A DNA stretch of 63,638 nt, filler included, from Phoronis australis (GCA_002633005.1; 6 parts of 6 records of this genome joined end to end with filler, not necessarily neighbours in it), one strand, 5' to 3'; shown: positions 36,201 through 48,975, numbered from the whole stretch's first letter. A program made the numbers and translations. The notes: a model not told the origin generated them from the sequence alone.

Positions 36201-39200
36201 CTCCTCATACTTTTTATTTAAAAATCATCAATTTTCTTATATGTGTTAACACCAGTTTAGTGTTGCATAACTTTTCAATTCAATAGGACTGCAGACAAGC
36301 ACTGGGCTCAAATCAAGTTGCCCATGACTTGATTAATGGCTTAGTGAACATATTGCACTCTGTTCACTGGCAATATGGGCTTTTTGTATTGGGATAAGTT
36401 GGGATATATGCCAATCGCATTTTTTGAGTTTTGATTTCTTTGGAGATGTGTTGGCTGAATTAACCAACCTGTCAATGTTAACAGATCAAAAAATACCACC
36501 CATTTTTAATGCATCACTTCTTACAGGAACGACCACCCATAATTTGAGTTTTTTCTGAAGACCACCACCCATGAATTTTTATTTCTACTGCCGTCCCCCC
36601 CTCCCACACGGATTTTACTGGAACAGCCCTTACTACATCGGTAGTTTATATTGCAATCCCTTGACGTGTGTCCCTGTACATGTTCACATTTTACATTGAT
36701 ATATAGTCATTTTGTTGATACTCAACACAGGTTAATATCAAAATAAATAAATTTTCAACACAGATACTTAGTTCATTTTTGACTAACTACATGTGTAGTT
36801 AGGCTCCTTGCCTTGTTTTGATATTTCTAAAGTAGTCAATCACTATTATACGCATAGTCTTAGTAAAACCTTAGTTTAGTTGTTTACCTTCGACTACTTC
36901 AAGTCCCACTCTTGTCTTTTTAAGTTGCACTTGTGTAGACACGTGACTTTTTGTATATAATTATAAATGGCTAAATAAACTATCTGTCTAGCTGTCCATC
37001 TATCTATCTATCTATCTATCTATCTACCTATCTATCTTTAATCTAGTGCCTTGAGGGTGACACCCCGGGTATATGAGAGAATTTTGACTTTCAAAGTCCA
37101 AATTCAAGTTTGCCATTTTCACTGAAATGGCAACCGCGTGTCTGCGTTCGTATAAAACGATACCAAAAACTTTAAATGAAAATAAACCAACTGCCAGAAA
37201 AATACAACTTCAAAAGTGACAATCAAATCACGTCTAACTGGTACACATACTGTACTTCTTTCTGTGCAGGTGTTTCAGTCTGTATGATTCAGCCATTCGG
37301 AAAATAAAACCAAGTCAAGGTTTTAGGGATAATAATACAATATTTGGTTTCATTTCATTTCATTTTGATTGATGTGATAATTGATGTTCGCTTCTTTTAG
37401 GGATAGGTGTATAATAAAGCTACATTATCACAATTTAAAAGATTTGAATTTTTTGAAAAATTGCACAAAGTCATTCAGTTGTACCCACTATAATTCCAAA
37501 TCAAATATTTGTTATCAAGTGCATCCTTTGATTGCTCTGCCTTTTGTCATCCACCAGCGTGTCAATTTGTAATGCTATTATTATAATGGGTATCTTGTCG
37601 CCTATCTTAATTACTTTTCATTATTGGTTCTCTGTTTAATGTAAGCTTTATTAAACCTCGCGCTTGCATATTTTCTATGATTATTTCGCACTATTAGCAC
37701 TGTATTAAAATTATTATTCACGGAGATGATTAAACTGTCAGATATTTTAGGTGAAATTACTTCTGAATCTTGCTGCGTATTTACCAAATCCCTAACTGGT
37801 CTTGTATTTGGTAAACTACGGTGTAAATTGTATGCGAACTTTTCTCTTGGTCAGGTTTTTGAACTGTAATTCACCTGCAGGATTTTCCACCAGTAATTTG
37901 TCTACAGAATAGAATCGTGTAAACTTTGATACGTATTTGGCAATGACAGCGACGATTCCATTAGATTTCACTTTCGATCAGGTAACCTTCAGTAATAGAA
38001 TTTTGAACAAAATAATTAACAACTGAACCTGCTCGACCAAGTATGCGTTTATATGGCTTTTCAAGAAGCAACATCAACATCTTGAAGTAATCAGTTGTCA
38101 ATGTATACAATGAGAGGCTGAGGTCAGTGACACCTGTTGTGTGGCATTCAGCAATAGCCCCATTGTACAAATTATTTCTGTTGACACATGAAGACAGTTC
38201 CTGGATCCATTTCATAAAAGCAAAGATTTTATAGTTACCAGTATCTTTGATAAAAGTGACTAAAAGACAGAATCTCAGTCTTACGCTCCCATTTCATGAT
38301 TGCTGATATAAAGTTTAAGTCAAGTAATTATTAGCTAATCACTGTAGAAAACTAAATTAAAAAATGTACAAAAAATTCTCAGTAACTAGCAGTGACGTGT
38401 ATTTTCTCATATAATTTTGCTCAGGTGAGTTTGAACTATTTTTCGGTACCTGGAGCGAAAGGCCGAATTCCTTTCTCAAATCTTAAGTCACTTCCTGAAA
38501 CATAACGCCATTTTGCTTTTGAAATAAACATATAAAAATGTTGACACACATGTGCATGAGTGAAGAATTCAATTGTCTTCACGATAAGCCAGAGCATATC
38601 ACGTGAATTCTTCACCCATTAATCCCAAATTCGGGCATAATGCAGAGAAAGTGAACACGACCATTCGATGATTCAGACAGGTAGTCTACGTGGGTCTGAA
38701 ATACTACAAGCATGATATTTTTATTAGCCTGGCACACCATCTCGGTATGTTACCACAGCTACCAAAGGTGTGAGACAAATGTGAGGGAAGTGCGAGAAAA
38801 GCATGAGGAAGGCGTAAACCAAACCGGAGGCAAGCGTGAGAGCTACCCGGAGAATAGGCATGAGACGACCGTGACTGATTTCTCTCGCCTGCGTTTCGGT
38901 GACGCTCCAGTCTGGCCAGGCGTGAGGTAGACCAGAGGAAGTCTAATAATTCAGTGGCTGTACTGTATGTTAATAGTAAAAGTTTTATTCTGAGCCCTGG
39001 GCAATAGCAGTGTTGTTATCAGAACATTTGTATGAATTTAACATAATCTAAGAGTGGGCTCAAAATCTTGGTGTTATGGATATACCGCAACGTGCAACAG
39101 TCGTTCACCTCCCCAGGTCCCATGTTGATAGCATGGCTGTACATGGCAACAATGTCAGTGAAATATCACAAACACATAGTAGGTAATCTGTTGTCAGTGC

Positions 39201-41892
39201 TGGCATATGGCTTCCATCATATTGGCTCTGAGCTCGTATGAGTTCTCAATAGTGACTACGGCCTAACTGTGTTTGTTGGAACTCTCCATTGCTGATGATG
39301 GTGTTCAGGGCTATGCCTGTCACACACTGTGACCACTTAATGGTGCTCTAACGCAGAAGTCATAAGGACTTCTGTCCCTGTCACCTACAGCACAAGACAA
39401 AAGTAATCAGACAAATTATGGTTTCCGTGTCATGACTGCAAATTCTGTTAACAAAAAATTGCTGGTTATAAATTCAAAATTCTAATGATAGAATGGCTTA
39501 ATCACCTGGCTAACCTTTTTGTTAATTACCCTTCTTTCTCAGTCGTGAGAAAATAGTATTCTGACGATGAATTCGGCTTCTGCCCAGCTGCTAGGACAGG
39601 GAATTCTAGCTAATTTTCTCTAAATATTTTTGGCTTGTACAGTATGCTGTTGGGATGGAAACAATGTTCACACAATGTTGCATGAAGATGGCCATCAATG
39701 TTTGTCTGTTTACTTCAGATGATCCCTTGCCAACTACGTGATGCCATGTTCTTACTGCATGAAAATGGTAGCATCACCATGAGAGTACGTCGTCGAGGGA
39801 TGGCTAGTGGCTTGAATGGTGCTGACCAAGGGTTTGGCAGTCAAGGTAATGAGGGATGGCTTGTGGCTGGAATAGGGCTGACCAAGGGTTTGGCAGTCAA
39901 GGTAGCGTAAAAGCATAATTTTCAAAGACAAATCATTTGAAAGTGAACTCTTTTCTCTGACCTATATATTATTGATTGTCTATCTGACTCCAATCACTGC
40001 GTGAAGTGTTGTGTAAGTGTTACTTAAAGTTATATAGGACCTTATTTACCGGTCTGCACACTTAGCCAAATATCTGCTTGGCATTTCATGTTCAACAAAT
40101 GCTTTCATAATTCTTTTTTGATAGACGAGCTGTCTTCGGTCGCTTCTTACGACATGATGTATGACACCAGGTGTCAGTCAGATGCAGTGCGTATCACTAA
40201 ACACAGCCGCGTGTTCGGTATGGTGGCTAACCCGGTGAGTGAGACATCTGTGGCTCTCATTGTCAGCGACAGCCGTGTGCTTGTCTGGGAACTCAAGACC
40301 ATTGACTATCAGGTATATAGCACCTTTGCTTGTATTGTGTTACTGAAACATTGACTATGAGGTATATAGCACCTTTGCTGGTACTGTGTTACTGAACCAT
40401 TGACTATCAGGTATACAAAACCATTGCTGGTGTCTTATTTCCCTATTGTAAAAGTACTCTCTTATGACTTTGCAACTTGGCACAGCTAAAAGTTTCCAAT
40501 CTGTAGTTTTGTCTTTTCTCCATAAATTATTCATAATTTTGTATAAAAGGGATTTGGTATGAAAATGGATTAGTTGGCAACAAAAGGAATTACTTGGTAA
40601 CAAAAGGAATTATTTGGTAAAACAAAAAGGATTATTTCAGTGGGATTTTATGATTCAGTAGCAAAAGGGGCTATTACACTTTGAGTAAGTGACTTCTTGT
40701 TCACTCCAACACTTTCAGCAGAAGTTAAGTAATGTGGTGTCTTGGATTGATTTTGTTTATTTATTGATTAATGTAATATTTACAATGAGGTAGCCCCATC
40801 AGTTCACACTGCTTTCCATGGGGGGCCCTCAGTAAAAACAAACAGACAGTAAGACAAAAACAGAATTACAAAATGAAAGACAAATTTTAGTAATAAGCAA
40901 AGAATAAGAAATTAACACGGAAAGACTGATGAAGCAAAATAAAAAATAAAATATAATAAATAGAAGATAAAGAAATTAAGACAAGAAAATTATTAACTAA
41001 AATATAAATATGAATATAAAAAACAGACAATGGATAATTAATAAAAGTAAGACATCATAAAAATAACAAATGTATAAAAATGCAAGTCTTACACACTACA
41101 TGAAGTTAAATCTGACTATTTCTTATAATTCTTTTAAAGGTTAGAAAGGATGATGTAGATTTGGCATCTGCAGGGAGAGAGTTCCATAAAAATGGCTCGC
41201 TGTAGGAAAATGATTTTTTCCCAGTCTCGCTTCTGTGTTTAGGAAGATTGAAATCAGATGATGATGAGGACCTAGTATTGTAGCGAAAACTTAGCACATA
41301 AGTAAGATGGGACAAGACCTTTAAAACATTTGTACATACAACAAGCAGATAGGAATTGATGTCTTGTTTAATACCAGTGAAAAGTTGTTGTCCAGTCTTG
41401 CTTTGTCATATGTTTTCTTTGTGGGTATAATGACGAAGGTTTATTAATGAAGTCAAAATAGAAAAATGTTGAATAATCCAATTTTAAAGGAATCTATTTT
41501 CAAGTTGCTTCACATTTCTTTCCGTTCATCTTGTTAGGACAACATGGCCGTCCTGTCGTCGTCACAGACTCTACAATCACCTCTATACACACCCGGCTTC
41601 ACTACTACCAGTTCTGCAGACCAACCACAGTTTGACTTCAATGAGATGGCCAGTGACACACTACCTTTAACATGTCCCTTGCCATACCCAAAGCACACTC
41701 TCTCTGACCTTATTGAACATACTCAGCAATTTGTCCAAGAGAACAAACATGAAGGTTGTCGCCATGGTGTTCTGCTCAAGTTTCTGTTGACGGGAATGAT
41801 CAATGGAGTTGCTCCCCCGCCGCTCGTCATCCGTATGTGCCCCCCATTGACCACAAAGAATTGGCAAAACTACCAACCCATGTTAGCCTTAG
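33208..41892 (+). CDS. WDR11: WD repeat-containing protein 11, four internal exons (partial gene)
   Basis: Exons 33208-33385 (AITLNECIQLAYHRMHRNHIILVYSREILVLDLDINQTV), 39719-39845 (MIPCQLRDAMFLLHENGSITMRVRR), 40125-40312 (YDTRCQSDAVRITK...LIVSDSRVLVWELK) and 41538-41892 (LKFLLTGMINGV...IRMCPPLTTKNW...PMLALG). Splice phases are consistent and the motifs follow WDR11 order. Confidence 0.93.
34271..34900 (-). pseudogene. Degraded LINE ORF1 (L1 ORF1p / Transposase_22-like coiled coil plus RRM)
   Basis: EQYSRRNCLLVTGVEKTENDNTDKHVMDIV...RTHRLG...IVVKF, with stops. Confidence 0.75.
34990..35500 (+). pseudogene. Degraded CR1/L2-group LINE ORF2 C-terminal fragment
   Basis: LLIYKSRILPHFTHAVTFWG...LQKCAV, then frameshifted QTDLLFWSLNHLSLYDIF. 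Confidence 0.65.
35796..36629. mobile_element. PIF/Harbinger-type MITE
   Basis: TIR GGGCTGTTCCAG(C/T)AAAATC...GGGAGGGGGG, with TTA TSD at 35793-95 and 36630-32. Confidence 0.85.
36998..37036. repeat. (TCTA)n microsatellite
   Basis: Direct reading. Confidence 0.9.
39795..39904 (+). repeat. 56-bp tandem duplication spanning a WDR11 splice donor
   Basis: GAGGGATGGCT...GGCAGTCAAGGTA at 39795 and 39851. Confidence 0.9.
40299..40432 (+). repeat. 49-bp tandem repeat (~2.7 units) spanning a WDR11 splice donor
   Basis: CATTGACTAT(C/G)AGGTATA at 40300, 40349 and 40398. Confidence 0.9.
40752..41400 (-). mobile_element. 5'-truncated CR1/L2(Crack)-group LINE 3' end
   Basis: YNTRSSSSSDFNLPKHRSETGKKSFSYSEPFLWNSLP...FKR*, a T-rich 3' UTR, a terminal CCCCATGGAAAGCAG...ATGGGG hairpin and an AATAAATAAA tail. 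Confidence 0.8.
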
Positions 41893-42019
41893 GTAAGTTA
41901 GACAAAACTACCAACCCATGTTAGCCTTAGGTAAGTTAGACAAAACTACCAACCCATGTTAGCCTTAGGTAAGTTAGACAAAACTACCAACCCATGTTAG
42001 CCTTAGGTAAGTTAGACAA
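41865..42019 (+). repeat. Perfect 38-bp minisatellite (>=4 units) spanning a WDR11 splice donor
   Basis: CAAAACTACCAACCCATGTTAGCCTTAGGTAAGTTAGA at 41865, 41903, 41941 and 41979, running into the gap. Confidence 0.95.
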
Positions 42020-42717
42020 NNNNNNNNNNNNNNNNNNNNNNNNNNNNNNNNNNNNNNNNNNNNTTAATTAATTAANNNNNNNNNNNNNNNNNNNNNNNNN
42101 NNNNNNNNNNNNNNNNNNNTGTTGATGCCGTGCATCATTTTTTGTCATTGGTTGTTGTATTTCATTTACGTGTTACGCTGTTTATTTTCTTTCTAGGTAG
42201 CAGTGCACCTTTCGCCGCTGTGATTTGGTTTCTTTTAGCAAGCCGGTTCTTTCCAGTGGTTACAATAGCATTTGCATAATCGAATAGTAGCTTGACCGGC
42301 CGGCCATTGTTACGTATTAGCCTCTGTATGTTACGCGGGTTTTGGTGACTAGCGTTTCATGAGTTTACCGGCATTCGTTGACAAGATCTGTAACACGAAT
42401 CATGTGTTTTCCTCGGTTGCTGGAACTTTTATATTAAGCACAGACTGTTAGCCAAACTGTTATAACCACGCTTTTCCAGTTTCTACTTTTCATCGCTTGC
42501 AACTAAATAATAAAGTGCGTTATGCAAACGGCTTCTTTTAATTTATCCCTGTAGCCAGACGCGGCTACAATATCAGTTGGTGCAAGCCCAATCTCAATAG
42601 GCAACTGACACACCACAGGTTGTCATTGTTGGTATAGTTCATTGTCACTCCCTGTAACTGACTGTATTCGTGCTTCATTACTTGTTGCTGGGCCTAGCTA
42701 GGTGGCCACTGTATTAT

Positions 42718-42765
42718 GACTTCTGAGGATGGTGTTTAATAAATGACACCGAAACATGTCAAGTT
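42718..42765 (+). ncRNA. Minimal type I hammerhead ribozyme (Penelope/retrozyme type)
   Basis: Stem I GACTT/AAGTT; core CTGAGGA; extra T; stem II GGTGT/ACACC; GAAA; palindromic ACATGT in place of stem III; GTC cleavage triplet ending at 42760. Confidence 0.8.
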
Positions 42766-43849
42766 TTAAATCCGTTGTTGTTTTCGTGAATTAATGTAAA
42801 GTACTGTGAAAAATGACCCTTTGGGGATATTTTTCACATATAAGTAAATGACAGGTTTTTAAAGTTAAAAAGCAAAGTACACAGATTTACTTTTCTATGC
42901 ATCGCTCGGGAATGCCACCGTGCAAAAATTCTTCTGGAGCAGGCTATGCCTCTCTTACGAATCTAAAAACACCCCGTTTCAGTACCAGGCACTTTTCGGC
43001 ATTTTGTAGTATCCCCACACCGTGAAATCATGTGCTCACAAACGGATCAGCCCCACTCCCACACATTGTTTCAAACCGTTCCTTTCCCTCCCGCCACTTC
43101 CCTTAATTTAATATACCTCGCCGCTCTGCCGAGAAATTTAAAATTCTTCTCTAGCGCACTCTTGATCCCACCATGAGTTCAAATTTCCACGTTCCAACCG
43201 AGGCAGCACCACAGTTTTCGCCCCTCAGTCACGGACATAATATTCTTTGCTCACGAACAGACCAGCCAACCTCCCACTCATCATATCCCTGACCTGGTGG
43301 GCATACATGTACATGTACCACTTGCCGATTTTGGTGTGAATATGAGTATGTTTTTCCCAGACTTTTGTATATATCGCTTGGTCATCACGACCCTATTGTG
43401 CGATCGCCACCACCTGGTCACTGAGTGACGTAGCGAGAATTTGTGGCTCCCGGGGACAAAGTAACAACTGTGTATCCCCGTTCAACACCTCCTTGGTGCC
43501 TCCCTCCTGGTCCGAAAAGGCTTCTTGCTCCACACCTCCACCGTTGACGCCTCCTTGTCATCCGCCTATTGAACACTGTTGAAAGATCCCGTATTGGGGG
43601 TATCATGTCTGCTTAACCCAATCCCCTGCTGAGGGTAACCGTTGAATAATGACAGGATAAGTTTTTGCTGACGTGGAGTCATTTTTTCATGGGCTAAAAA
43701 TCTTCACATTAAATTACGACCCCGTGAAACAAACTAGCCCGGCTCATTTTTACTAGTGAAAACATGACTCATAAATTTGCGTCAGACTTGAGAACTAATA
43801 TACTAGACTGGCAGCCCAGAGCATTTAGCATAGATGAACGAGGTACCAA

Positions 43850-44400
43850 CATCTGATCATAGAGGCACTTATAGTTATCCACAGATCAAAATGGACGTCT
43901 GCCGTTGCCTTCACTCCGGTTGGGACCCACGGGAACCTTCAAAGAACTCCGAATGACCCATGTCAGGACAGACAAATTGCACTCTAGAAAGGGTCCGCCA
44001 GAAACCCAAAAAGGACCCTCCCAAAATGAGCTAGCTCAGTACATTCGAGGTACCACAAAAACCAGTTCCACGTGATTCAATACATGTCACTGAACAACAA
44101 ATGTCCTATGACAGCAGATCGATACTCGGGTATTAGAGGAGTCCAGGAACAATACCCAAGACTATCCTCCACCTTCGCCTCAGTTTGTGACTCGTTACGG
44201 ACATGGTATACGCAAGCTGTCTAGACATATAGATTCTTGTGGGCTATGGACTCTGTGTTTTAGTGATTTTAAAGTTTTAACAGTGGTTTAGGATTCAGGT
44301 TTTTAGTCTAGTCATTCTTAGTTAAGCTTCGTTTTCTAAGGGGAGAGGTGTTACGTTATAGCCTTATAGCTGACGCGACGGTCTGACAACACGGCGACCT
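43850..44400 (+). mobile_element. Degraded LTR (Gypsy-like) retrotransposon 3' end with polypurine tract and LTR start
   Basis: VTRYGHGIRKLSRH resembles a pol C-terminal TRxGR motif. AAGGGGAGAGG (44338-44348) is followed directly by TGTTAC. Boundaries approximate. Confidence 0.55.
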
Positions 44401-45349
44401 ACTGGACCAAACGCACACTTGCAATACACTGATTAGTTCCATTTTTTGTTGCTTTATTATCCCACGTCACTTTCAGGAATACAAAACGAAACGTATCATA
44501 CTCGAGAGTCGATTGTTACGGTGTGCACAAGATAGATGGCACTGTCATCGTTACAGCCCGCATCTTTTTGCTGCATTCATTTCCACTTTGTGGGCCACTC
44601 GTGTTACTTTGCTCAATGAAAGTGAATGTAGAAGAAAGATGGAGGCCTTCTGTTCCGAACCGTTCACTTTACGTCCAATAGCTCAATAGTCGTGAGAATG
44701 TTTGCTTAAGTGGGGGTGGGGGGAGTGGGGGAAGCGGGGTTGAAACTAACGTAAGCACAGCCTTCCGTCCAGTTGACTTTAATTTCTCATCCAACACCCA
44801 ATTGCGTCCCGAGGTAAACACAGGTATTACTCCCTCTGTCTCCGTTTTCTTATATTTTTTTAAATTGAACGGAGTGCATCGTACAAAACAAACACTCAGA
44901 GGACAACAAAAGCAATCCCAGAAACCGCAGAACATTCTATCCGTGTTCGATGAAGAAACGTATTATAAAGTTTATATGCAAATAGAAATAGTGAAAAATA
45001 ACCATTTTGAACTAAAAAACGAATATGAGGAACTAATGATTCAATGTCACCAATAACCTCAAATGGTACTGAACCCTGTTTTGATGGTATTAATTAATCC
45101 TCGTTCCGTCACCTGCTAATGCATCGTTGTTGTCATTCTTGAAAGATGAGCGGGAACCAGCTAAAAGCTCATAGTCCTTATTTTACGGTTCATGGTCCGT
45201 TTTCCTTTTCAAGACTTACCTTGTAATTCGCTGAAAGCATATAGGTCACGCTTGCCCGTTTAACAGACTTCTAAAGGAGTTTTGAGGGTTCTCTAGCGTT
45301 ACACAACATTATTTTGTTTCAGAGAATTGGATTGGGTAGTCGTTTTTAA

Positions 45350-45571
45350 AGAGACATGGTACGCGAATGTTTGTCAAGAATATCTTTTAAATTATTCCTG
45401 ACGAAATTACCATCTCACAACGCTTAGTACAGAGTAATTCACTTTCCCATGTGAGGAAATTTCCAGAAAAAAATCTCAAAATTCACGATTTTTGAAATGC
45501 CTGCGAAGGAAAAATTTTGTGGTTGTCACAGAGTTTCTAATCCCCCCCGCTTATGATAGATGCGCGTACGC
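45350..45571 (+). mobile_element. Isolated, diverged Kolobok left end
   Basis: TTAA|AGAGACATGGTACGCG...ACGAAATTACC...TACAGAGTAATTCACTT is colinear with 11847-12070. Confidence 0.75.
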
Positions 45572-45754
45572 TGATACGCCGTAAAATGTAACAATTTCGT
45601 AAAATGTAACAATTGTTATGTCATTGTTACATTTTACATTGCTAGGCCTCTCCTAAAATGTAACAAGTTGTTACATTTTATGTAATTGTTACAATTAACG
45701 TCGAATGCACATGCGAGAAATGTACCATTGTTACATTTTACGAAAGCGACATCA
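45572..45754. mobile_element. Second copy of the GTTACATTTTACG-motif element
   Basis: Imperfect TGAT...ATCA inverted ends; homologous to 5688-5842. Confidence 0.7.
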
Positions 45755-48654
45755 TATTTCCTGAGTTTGCATTGTATTTGTCACACGGAGGAAAATCGTT
45801 GAAACACTTAACACCTTCTTTCTCGGATAGTGTTAATGAAATTCTATCAAATGTGCCAGGTCGACTTGATAGATGTGTCCCTATGCACCTTCCATGTTTT
45901 TCAGTAACATGAGTAGTTTTATGGTATAGTAAAATATGTTCAGCGTACAGTTTCAACTCCACACGAAAGGAGTTTTACAGGATCAGGTAACAAGTTTTTT
46001 TATCGTTAAAGCTTTCTTGCAATCTTTTGTTGGCGCTCATAAACCAACTGTGTATCCCACATTACAGTAAACACGCTTCCCTTGGTATGAACAATAATGA
46101 CTTCGTATTTGGCTAATATTTATCGTATTTCTTCGCAAACGAAGGACAACAACATTTTTTTTCGTAGAGAATTCAATTTCGGAATCCAATTTGATAGAAA
46201 AAAGACCAGTTTTAATCCAGGGTAGTTTATGTCGGCCATTGTTTTATTGCCTTGGAGTCATCGCTAATGCCCTAATTGCCCTGCTCCACACAAAAGGAGC
46301 AAAACCAAAATTGCTGATGCCCATGGGTTCTGTTTACCACCTTAGTAAGGTATGACAATTTCTTAAACGCATTGTGATGGAAGAAAATAAAAGCACGTAT
46401 TTATTTGCCGGAAGGTTGACAGGCTTTGCCAAAGCAACAGCAAAATACTGCCTTTGAGCACAGCGAGCCAATAGTGTAAAAAAGTGGCGGCATAGTAACG
46501 TGTGTTATACAGCTTGAACGCTGAAAGAAAGTTCCTATGATGTCTAACCTTGAAATAGCGGCGGTAACAACAGATGAAACCGCGACGTGTATACGTAAAA
46601 GTGGGATGCCTAGCTGGGTAAAATATTTTGCACTCTGAAAGGACATAACCTGGTCTAGGACTATAATTTAAAGGTACAATAGTCCAAAGAAGCTGACTGG
46701 ACGTGAAGGCACGTGTCTCATGAGGTGTCACTTTTTGTGTTGCAGCACGCATGTAAGGGAATTTGTCATATTAATCTTTTTGATGCATTGCATTAAATGC
46801 TCATATTAAACATTGCTGACTTCGCCGTTGACGGTTGTTGTTCTACGCAATCCACTCTCATTGAAACCTAGCTGAAGTCATTCTGTTAACTCACAGCACT
46901 TTTCTAAGAATATTGGGGCCATTCCACGTAAAATCGTTGCGTGTTTTGTATGTCCGTTACCAGCTATTCTAATGACCCGGTGACCGCAGCCGACTAGTCA
47001 TTAGAATTGCCGAAAAATGTCCAGAGTTCAACTTAACGCAATTTTTGAACTTCCATATCATGATGGAACGAGCCCCAGTTCTTTGACAAGGGACGTTTTC
47101 AACAAGTCAGAGACAATATTGCGGTCTGAATTCAGTTGTTTGTGGCAAACTGCAGATTAATTTAGTTATATTTACAAATAATACAGTGCTTGCGATAGTT
47201 CAGAAGTAATCAATTTTTGAATTTGGTGCACGCCTAAACAAGATTTTAAATCTCAACCTCCTCGTTTCCAAAAAGCAAGCTTGCTCTGCATCCGCAGCTC
47301 TCAAGAAGTTCCTCGCAATGTCGTTAAAGTCCTTCTCTCAAACTGCCCATGTGGTTCCAGTATCCGAAAATACTTACTACATAAAATCTTATTTTCGACA
47401 CCCTTTCTTTATATTCTTTTCGCCTTTCTTGCCAAAAGCGATTTTTAACTCTGTGAACGTATAATTACCGGCTGTCATCGGTTATTTCCGTACCCACATT
47501 TCCGGCTCATCAGCAAAGATTTTATAGATACCTAAGATCTCCGACTTATGACCTAAATAGTCACAGCGTTACAAGTAGCGCCACCTTCTGGAAGGCGCTC
47601 AAATACAGCATAATAACACGGTTGACTGTAATGCCACTGTGTCATCTGGTGCTTACAAAATACTTTGTTTCGCTTGCCTAAAGATAAGGAGAGGTAAGTG
47701 TATATTCATTATGTATTCCATACTACCATTGGCAAGTACTGATCGGAGAATAGGAGTCAGTACTGCAGTAGAGCAGGCCTACATATTAGGGATAGTTACC
47801 AGTAGTTGACAACACTGAGGACCACAGCATGGTGGTATGAAACTCATTCGGTAGTAGCTGCACATCTTCTGCCAGGAATGTAATAAAATTGAAGTGGAGT
47901 TGTATCAGCTGTGTTTGGTTAAAGAAGANNNNNNNNNNNNNNNNNNNNNNNNNNNNNNNNNNNNNNNNNNNNTTAATTAATTAANNNNNNNNNNNNNNNN
48001 NNNNNNNNNNNNNNNNNNNNNNNNNNNNGGTATCACGAATAAACACTGCCAGACAAATCTAGTGGTGGGTTATCCCCGCCAGACACGCCCAAGTACCTGA
48101 GTTGAGCTAGATCAACCCATCAGGTAACCGCTTGAAACCAATTGCCCGGTGTTCAGCATCATTGCACGTGGCATAACAGTAAGATGCCTCCATCAGACAA
48201 ATAAAGAGTCGAAACAAAATAGATTATAAGCCCATTCACACTGAATAAGCATCACAATCAGGAACCAGGCACTTCGATTTTCAATAGGGCCACTAAGTCT
48301 GTACGGCATAGGTCACCGCACAAGGTGAGATTTTTGTCTGCAAGTTTATGTCAGGGCATGAAAACCAGAAAAATCGCGCCTGAGGTTGGAGCGACCTCAC
48401 AAGTCCATGCGAAAGCAGCGGAATACTCCACATAATTCACTATTAAAAACAAAACCTAAAAACCCCTCCAAGACGGATAGCACATTGTGTTTTCACTAAT
48501 TTCCATTTTCGTTGTCCTATTTTACCAGTCTAAACTGCGTCCCTTTCTTTTCGGACGAGTCATTTGATGCAACTGCTAAAAGGAATAATAATCAAAATGC
48601 CGTCTTTTGCTGTCGCCTGCGTTATGTTTGCGCGCCATCTACCTTCATTTCACA

Positions 48655-48975
48655 CAGTGATTAATGGCAAATTTGGCAAAACTGGTCAGTTTTTGGCAAT
48701 CTTCGTCTTTCTCATAAACCGAGCCTACAGAGAACTCTAGAGATGCGTCAAGAACAATGACTTCAGTGGCTATATCAACATTTTCCCGACTATGCTAGAT
48801 GTATTCTTTGCCCTGAACCGCCCAAACTACGCCAGATGGGGAACATTGTTTTACCAAAAGTTGAAATTGGCAAACCCAACATTACGTGAAGCGCTGGAAG
48901 ACGGTGCGTTCTCAGTGCTACGTACGAGGAAGAACTCCAATAGATCGGCTGTTGACCTCTCTTTGAAACAGTCTG
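48655..48975 (+). pseudogene. Academ transposase core fragment
   Basis: MLDVFFALNRPNYARWG...GAFSVLRTRKNSNRSAVDLSLKQ matches the recalled FFAxxxxNYARW...FSVxRT...DxxxEQ pattern; in-frame stop upstream. Confidence 0.75.

Larger units (their letters stand above)
33638..38965. mobile_element. 5.3-kb non-autonomous TA-flanked (Tc1/mariner-like) element in a WDR11 intron
   Basis: TIR CAGTACAGCCACTGA(T/A)TTATTAGACTT at both ends; TA at 33636-37 and 38966-67; CGTGAG-rich subterminal regions. Confidence 0.8.

Noticed and set aside
41865-42019. CRISPR-like 38-bp repeats
   Set aside because: Head-to-tail with no spacers, eukaryotic exon-intron context, no cas genes.
47470-47520. Second hammerhead candidate (minus-strand CTGATGA...GAAA)
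   Set aside because: Stem II does not close next to GAAA, and there is no stem I/III or cleavage triplet.
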